Translations under genes and position numbers: made by a program
Shown here: positions 59,895 through 64,000 of the stretch, in pieces
Layout: each line of letters opens with the position of its first letter
Numbering within the stretch: the stretch's first letter is position 1
Source of the DNA: an uncultured virus (IMG/VR IMGVR_UViG_3300048549_001676)
Lineage: Duplodnaviria > Heunggongvirae > Uroviricota > Caudoviricetes
Reading direction: 5' to 3' (one strand)
Virus record (IMG/VR): IMGVR_UViG_3300048549_001676
Length of the DNA stretch: 64,000 bases
The notes under the pieces: generated by a model
What the model saw: the letters and a program-made list of their open reading frames with translations, nothing else
Told to the model about the DNA's origin: nothing
Databases searched by the model: none

Positions 59895-60764
59895 TTATAA
59901 AATTGCCGAATATACAAAATGGTTTTCTAGTTTACTATTATTACACAAAACGAAATTCGTTACATTGCTTGATCCATGTATTAAATAATCAGTTTTACTA
60001 AGTAGGTATGCTTCTATCAAGATGTCCTCTCCAAGTTTATACTTCATATTCTGTAAACTATTATCATGATGCATTTCTCCAACATTAGTTCGTGTAGAAT
60101 CATATGTTATTATTTTATCTTCGTATTTGTTTTTACATTGTTGTATCACATCTTCAGAGTCTGAGCAAAGAAATATTGAGGCATCTTTGTTATCATTCAG
60201 ATATTTGTCAATTTCCTCAAAAAACAATTCATACGGCACTCCATTTTGTAAAGCAATTTTTTGTTTTTTCTTTTCATCCACATTATCTGAATTAAGTGGG
60301 TGGTATGTTCCTGTCAGTATACCACCTCCACGTAAATGCACTCCAAGAATTTTATTGTCTTTGAAATTATTTTTTTCAAAATCATTTATTTTTTCTATAA
60401 TATGTTTTTTTAACTTAATATATTTTTCTATTATCTTTTGCACGACTTCACGACTTTTTGGTTGGTCTAAATAACCAGTCTCAGTAGGTGTGATTAAATT
60501 TCCTTTACGACGTGCGTGTTTTTTTACACGACCGATTTCTTTATCATTTGCATTTGGTGTATACAATGGTTCAAAATAGTATGAGAATACATCGTCTCCG
60601 TGTTTAACACTTTTATATGGTGATTTCTTCCATCTAGGTTTAATTTTATATCCATTTAAATCACCTACATAGAAATGATCAATCAATTCATTTACTACTG
60701 AAAACATACCACGATCTGCTGATATTTTGTCGTTTATGCTAAATCTATACACTTCGTTTTTCAC
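59895..60764 (-). CDS. NodZ/GT23-like fucosyltransferase
   Basis: GMFS, YYFEP, LGVHLRG, IFLCSD, GEDILIEAYLLSKTD...SNV. Confidence 0.78.
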   Translation of the reverse strand: MKNEVYRFSINDKISADRGMFSVVNELIDHFYVGDLNGYKIKPRWKKSPYKSVKHGDDVFSYYFEPLYTPNANDKEIGRVKKHARRKGNLITPTETGYLDQPKSREVVQKIIEKYIKLKKHIIEKINDFEKNNFKDNKILGVHLRGGGILTGTYHPLNSDNVDEKKKQKIALQNGVPYELFFEEIDKYLNDNKDASIFLCSDSEDVIQQCKNKYEDKIITYDSTRTNVGEMHHDNSLQNMKYKLGEDILIEAYLLSKTDYLIHGSSNVTNFVLCNNSKLENHFVYSAIL

Positions 60765-61450
60765 GATGGATCTGCCTCTCGATATTTTGTAAATTCACCA
60801 CGGTTAATCTCATTTTTAATTAGTCCCATTTGTTCCTTCCACGCAGTTCCTATATCAATGACCTTCACCCCACGACACGAAACCACGTTATAGTTAACTA
60901 ATTTCATTGACCTCTTTAGTTGAATTAACCACCACTCCGGATCTTGGTCCCCTGGAATTGGGTGTTTATCAAGAATATTTGCAAGAACCGAAGTTTGAAA
61001 TAAACTTGGTGGTAGATATGCTCTATTCTTAATTTTTCGTTTTCCTAGTTTATATGGATGTGCGACACACTGAAGAATATTATCTCTTGTATCGTGTTTT
61101 ATTTTTTTAATATATTCTGCAATGCAGATTTCTCCAGTTTCAAACAACCAATCATCTTCAACATTGAAAAAATACTCTCCAGTTGGTTTGCTTAAAACCC
61201 AAGAATATGCGGTTGGAAAATTACCACCACTCGGTCCGATGTTATAGTGAACCTCACCGAAGTGGTCTCGGGCAATCTCAAGTTCTTCGTTTATCTTATT
61301 GTCCGACTCGGTTGGAACAGGATCAATGTTTATATACAAAATTCCCTCGGTTTTCAAATCAACATCAACTAAAACCTTATTCAACGAAGTATATGTTTCG
61401 TTAAGCAATTCGGGTCTCACACACGCAGTCGTTGTAAATTCAAGTTTCAT
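60761..61450 (-). CDS. putative GT-A glycosyltransferase
   Basis: TTTACVRPELL..T, INIDP, YFFNVEDDWLF, DIG. Confidence 0.6.
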   Translation of the reverse strand: MKLEFTTTACVRPELLNETYTSLNKVLVDVDLKTEGILYINIDPVPTESDNKINEELEIARDHFGEVHYNIGPSGGNFPTAYSWVLSKPTGEYFFNVEDDWLFETGEICIAEYIKKIKHDTRDNILQCVAHPYKLGKRKIKNRAYLPPSLFQTSVLANILDKHPIPGDQDPEWWLIQLKRSMKLVNYNVVSCRGVKVIDIGTAWKEQMGLIKNEINRGEFTKYREADPS

Positions 61451-61456
61451 AATTTC

Positions 61457-62035
61457 TTATTCTCCGAATTTGTATCCGAAATACTCAATGTCTTTTGCGT
61501 ATTTTTCCGCAACGATTTGACGAGTTTCATCGTCATAGTATTCGGTGTAGTGTTTGTGCTTGGTTTTGTTTTTATGTGGAAGTTCTATTTGAGAAATTCC
61601 TATTTTATCACAGATTGTATTAAAATCCTCTTGCAGGTTTTCAAATCTTCCGATGAAACTCAATTCATCAACTCTACCAAGACAATGCTCCATGACATCT
61701 ACTTGAGTCCACAAGTGCACCCGTTCCCTCCTTCGGTACATGGATGCTAAATTTTGTTTCTTACAATACTCCACAAATGTCATAGGTTCTTGGTGTTTTA
61801 TCCACGGCCGTGGGCTATGTCCTGGGCGGGGACGGGACCATTTATATTCTGATACCCATCGATCCCACGGATTTCTTACAAATGTAAACTTATAATAATC
61901 CGCATACAAATTTACATCATGCGTTTCCGTATGAACTTGGGGTCCTGTATATCCAGATTGGAAAAATTGGCCAATACTTGAACCTGCACTTTTTGGAATA
62001 TGAACAAAAATAAATTTATGTTTATGACTTATCAT
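61457..62035 (-). CDS. sulfotransferase (Sulfotransfer_2/CHST-like)
   Basis: [41 protein letters not shown]. Confidence 0.9.
   Translation of the reverse strand: MISHKHKFIFVHIPKSAGSSIGQFFQSGYTGPQVHTETHDVNLYADYYKFTFVRNPWDRWVSEYKWSRPRPGHSPRPWIKHQEPMTFVEYCKKQNLASMYRRRERVHLWTQVDVMEHCLGRVDELSFIGRFENLQEDFNTICDKIGISQIELPHKNKTKHKHYTEYYDDETRQIVAEKYAKDIEYFGYKFGE
61479..61584. repeat. 106-bp direct repeat, copy 1 (sulfotransferase 3' end)
   Basis: Identical to 62717-62822 by eye. Confidence 0.85.
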
Positions 62036-62037
62036 TC

Positions 62038-62691
62038 TTATTCTCCAAATTCATAATTAAAATACTCAATATCTTTTGCATATTTTTCCGCAACGATTTG
62101 TGGTGTTTTGGTTATAGAGTCCATGATAATTGGATAAAGTATTCCCTTACTTTTTAATATAGCGCCAACAAGATGATCACCCTTAGTAATAAACTTATGA
62201 ACATTTCGTTGATGCGGAATCATATCTGTGTGATACATTTCCACCTTATCGTCACCACTAAAAATATAATACTCAGTTGTGTCGTTAAGCATTAAGTGCT
62301 CATATTTCCATTGCTTAATTTTCTTTGCCTCTGTTTCCCACCTCTTTTCATCGGGAACTATATCTCGGTGAATGGAATATTGTGGTGCAAATGCAATTGC
62401 CTTTATTACATTAACATCATTAGCAAATTGTATGGCAGTATATGCCCCCATGCTATTGCCTATTGTTATGACCTCTTGATTGATAAGTTTTGATTTTATT
62501 TTATCAACATCGATAGTATTATACCAACTCACTTCTCTGTCCGCAACGAACATTACATTGAAATCAGATTGTTTTAAAAGTCCTATAAATTCCTTTTTGA
62601 AACCATGTACACCAAACCCATGCAATATGCCAGTAAAAGAAACAATTGTTTTACTCACTCCGTTGTCAATAAATTCTATATCAGTATTCAT
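62038..62691 (-). CDS. alpha/beta-hydrolase-fold protein with a sulfotransferase-derived C-terminal tail
   Basis: VSFTG, SWY, IGNSMGAY (nucleophile elbow), FAPQ; ends [20 protein letters not shown]. Confidence 0.75.
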   Translation of the reverse strand: MNTDIEFIDNGVSKTIVSFTGILHGFGVHGFKKEFIGLLKQSDFNVMFVADREVSWYNTIDVDKIKSKLINQEVITIGNSMGAYTAIQFANDVNVIKAIAFAPQYSIHRDIVPDEKRWETEAKKIKQWKYEHLMLNDTTEYYIFSGDDKVEMYHTDMIPHQRNVHKFITKGDHLVGAILKSKGILYPIIMDSITKTPQIVAEKYAKDIEYFNYEFGE

Positions 62692-62694
62692 TTC

Positions 62695-63297
62695 TCACTC
62701 TCCAAATTCATACCCAAAATACTCAATGTCTTTTGCGTATTTTTCCGCAACGATTTGACGAGTTTCATCGTCATAGTATTCGGTGTAGTGTTTGTGCTTG
62801 GTTTTGTTTTTATGTGGAAGTTTCTGTTGAGGGATTCCAAGTTTGTCACAGATTATATTGAAGTCTTCTTGAAGGTTCTCGAATCTTCCGATGAAATCTA
62901 AAAGTAAATCTCCATCTTCATTTATTAAATGAGCATACTGAGAACAACAATGCCAACTTCTCTCATTCCATTTTTTTGGATTTTCCAAATCCCACGAACT
63001 GATTCTTTTAACAAATTCAGCAAAACTACATTTCCAAGCATATCTTGGTTTCCAACCCCCAAACTTCCACGAAGAAACTGCTCTATCAAAGGGATTTCTT
63101 ACAAATGTAAATTTATATGATTCTAACCATGTATTTTCTTGAATTTTATTTTTCAATTTTTGACCTGAAAAACTTTCATATCCTTGATTAAGTATTGGTT
63201 TAATTTCTAAATTAGAATTATGCAACAAAAAATTCTTTATTGTATGTCCAGCAGTTTTTGGTATTCTTACAAAAATTGAATTTTGATTAGTTTCCAT
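62695..63297 (-). CDS. sulfotransferase (Sulfotransfer_2/CHST-like)
   Basis: [35 protein letters not shown]; start set at METNQ. Confidence 0.9.
   Translation of the reverse strand: METNQNSIFVRIPKTAGHTIKNFLLHNSNLEIKPILNQGYESFSGQKLKNKIQENTWLESYKFTFVRNPFDRAVSSWKFGGWKPRYAWKCSFAEFVKRISSWDLENPKKWNERSWHCCSQYAHLINEDGDLLLDFIGRFENLQEDFNIICDKLGIPQQKLPHKNKTKHKHYTEYYDDETRQIVAEKYAKDIEYFGYEFGE
62717..62822. repeat. 106-bp direct repeat, copy 2
   Basis: Identical to 61479-61584 by eye. Confidence 0.85.
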
Positions 63298-63823
63298 GAC
63301 ACAACTCCCGTTTCCAATAATCATAACACTTGTTTGGTTGCATACCAGCATACCTATGCTTCAAGTAAAACTTGCAAGCAGGATACACCCACTTAAGTGT
63401 ATCCGACAACTCAATCGTATCATTATCATTGTCATCCATCATCTGACGTATAAATATTGCCGAGGATGTATTTTGAATTGTTTTAGTGAAGTCCCAAGCA
63501 AGTCGTTCGTACTTGGTTTTTGATCCGTTGTATATTGTGCTTAGTTTCTTTCCAAGTGGTAACACATCATAAAACAATGTTCCGTTTCTTTCATCTTTTA
63601 CAATCGTATACGGAGTTCCGTTTATCACATTCACTACTCCACCATAAACTTTTATTTGATTTTCGGGTGGAAAAAAATTCTTAAAATTACTTTTTAGATC
63701 CCCCATCAGTGTTTCAAACGAATATTCACCCACATTATCAAGTAACATTGAATTTATATTTAAGGTACAATCTTTTAATACGGAAGATACGACTGGCTGT
63801 GATCCTAAAGTAACATAAATCAC
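63287..63823 (-). CDS. DUF1796-like protein (divergent)
   Basis: YVTLGS...YSFE...KYERL..DF...IFIR pattern; GTG start with AAGGAG and GTGA overlap. Confidence 0.5.
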   Translation of the reverse strand: MIYVTLGSQPVVSSVLKDCTLNINSMLLDNVGEYSFETLMGDLKSNFKNFFPPENQIKVYGGVVNVINGTPYTIVKDERNGTLFYDVLPLGKKLSTIYNGSKTKYERLAWDFTKTIQNTSSAIFIRQMMDDNDNDTIELSDTLKWVYPACKFYLKHRYAGMQPNKCYDYWKRELCHGN

Positions 63824-64000
63824 AATTCTTCTCCTTTGATAAATTTTATCAGACCACATTTTAAATTATGGTAGTAAAAGTAGTTATCGGGATTATACAA
63901 AATATCATCTGATTGAATTGTTATTTCACGGTCACCAATATCAAATTGCGAGTTTTTGAATACATCCCTATATGATTTATCTATAACTAATTTAAAATCA
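63820..64000 (-). CDS. hypothetical protein, 3' end (starts beyond window)
   Basis: Open frame ...DFKLVIDKSYRDVFKN...IKGEEL* ending at TGA 63820-63822. Confidence 0.55.
   Translation of the reverse strand, partial: DFKLVIDKSYRDVFKNSQFDIGDREITIQSDDILYNPDNYFYYHNLKCGLIKFIKGEEL

Noticed and set aside
61457..62822. Repeat pair as a DGR template/variable region
   Set aside because: The core is identical, flanking differences include C/T as well as A/G changes, both copies are coding, and no reverse transcriptase is in the window
494..63523. Plus-strand ORFs and nested alternative-frame minus-strand ORFs in the track
   Set aside because: They overlap well-supported minus-strand genes and show no recognisable motifs (e.g. 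the GVGVGV ORF is the antisense of the PT repeat)
21736..63823. Ordinary bacterial O-antigen/capsule locus
   Set aside because: No wzx, wzy, wza-c, ABC exporter or initiating transferase; interspersed with or next to phage genes (dNMP kinase, resolvase, tail fibre)
1..64000. Eukaryotic giant virus origin
   Set aside because: sigma70 promoters, some Shine-Dalgarno sites, ATGA coupling, intrinsic terminators, CCA-encoded tRNA and an S74 tail fibre point to a bacteriophage
1..64000. Stop-codon reassignment
   Set aside because: Conserved enzymes (MetK, CysD/N, GalE, RmlA/B) are full length in code 11, and TAA, TGA and TAG all end genes

Overview
AT-rich, gene-dense window in which essentially every credible gene lies on the minus strand, often with ATGA/GTGA start-stop overlaps. 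It reads as part of a large (jumbo-type) tailed bacteriophage genome. Evidence: collagen/LamG tail fibre with S74 chaperone, T4-gp1-like dNMP kinase, Holliday junction resolvase, UvsE, a CCA-encoding tRNA and sigma70-like promoters. 1-6.5 kb holds small early/accessory genes (UvsE, DoxX, rhomboid, VanZ, glycine zipper, MYG1, tRNA-Ile2 CAT). 6.6-10.5 kb is cysC-cysD-cysN-galE (PAPS and UDP-Gal synthesis). 10.6-20 kb holds a membrane-anchored subtilase and putative virion/fibre proteins with PT-rich and collagen repeats. 21.7-64 kb is a >40 kb glycan-modification island: about 30 glycosyltransferase-like genes, five sulfotransferase domains, pyruvyl- and FkbM methyl-transferases, SGNH and alpha/beta hydrolases, rmlA/rmlB plus an NRS/ER-type epimerase-reductase, metK, a LOG protein and a Cys-less QueF-like protein. 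The main hypothesis is a phage-encoded, self-supplied system for building sulfated/methylated/pyruvylated glycans, probably on virion proteins. Other notable items: two circularly permuted PLOD/LH3-type GT domains, a tRNA embedded in a same-strand ORF, and gene-end cassette shuffling. All family calls come from motif recognition only; no searches were run.
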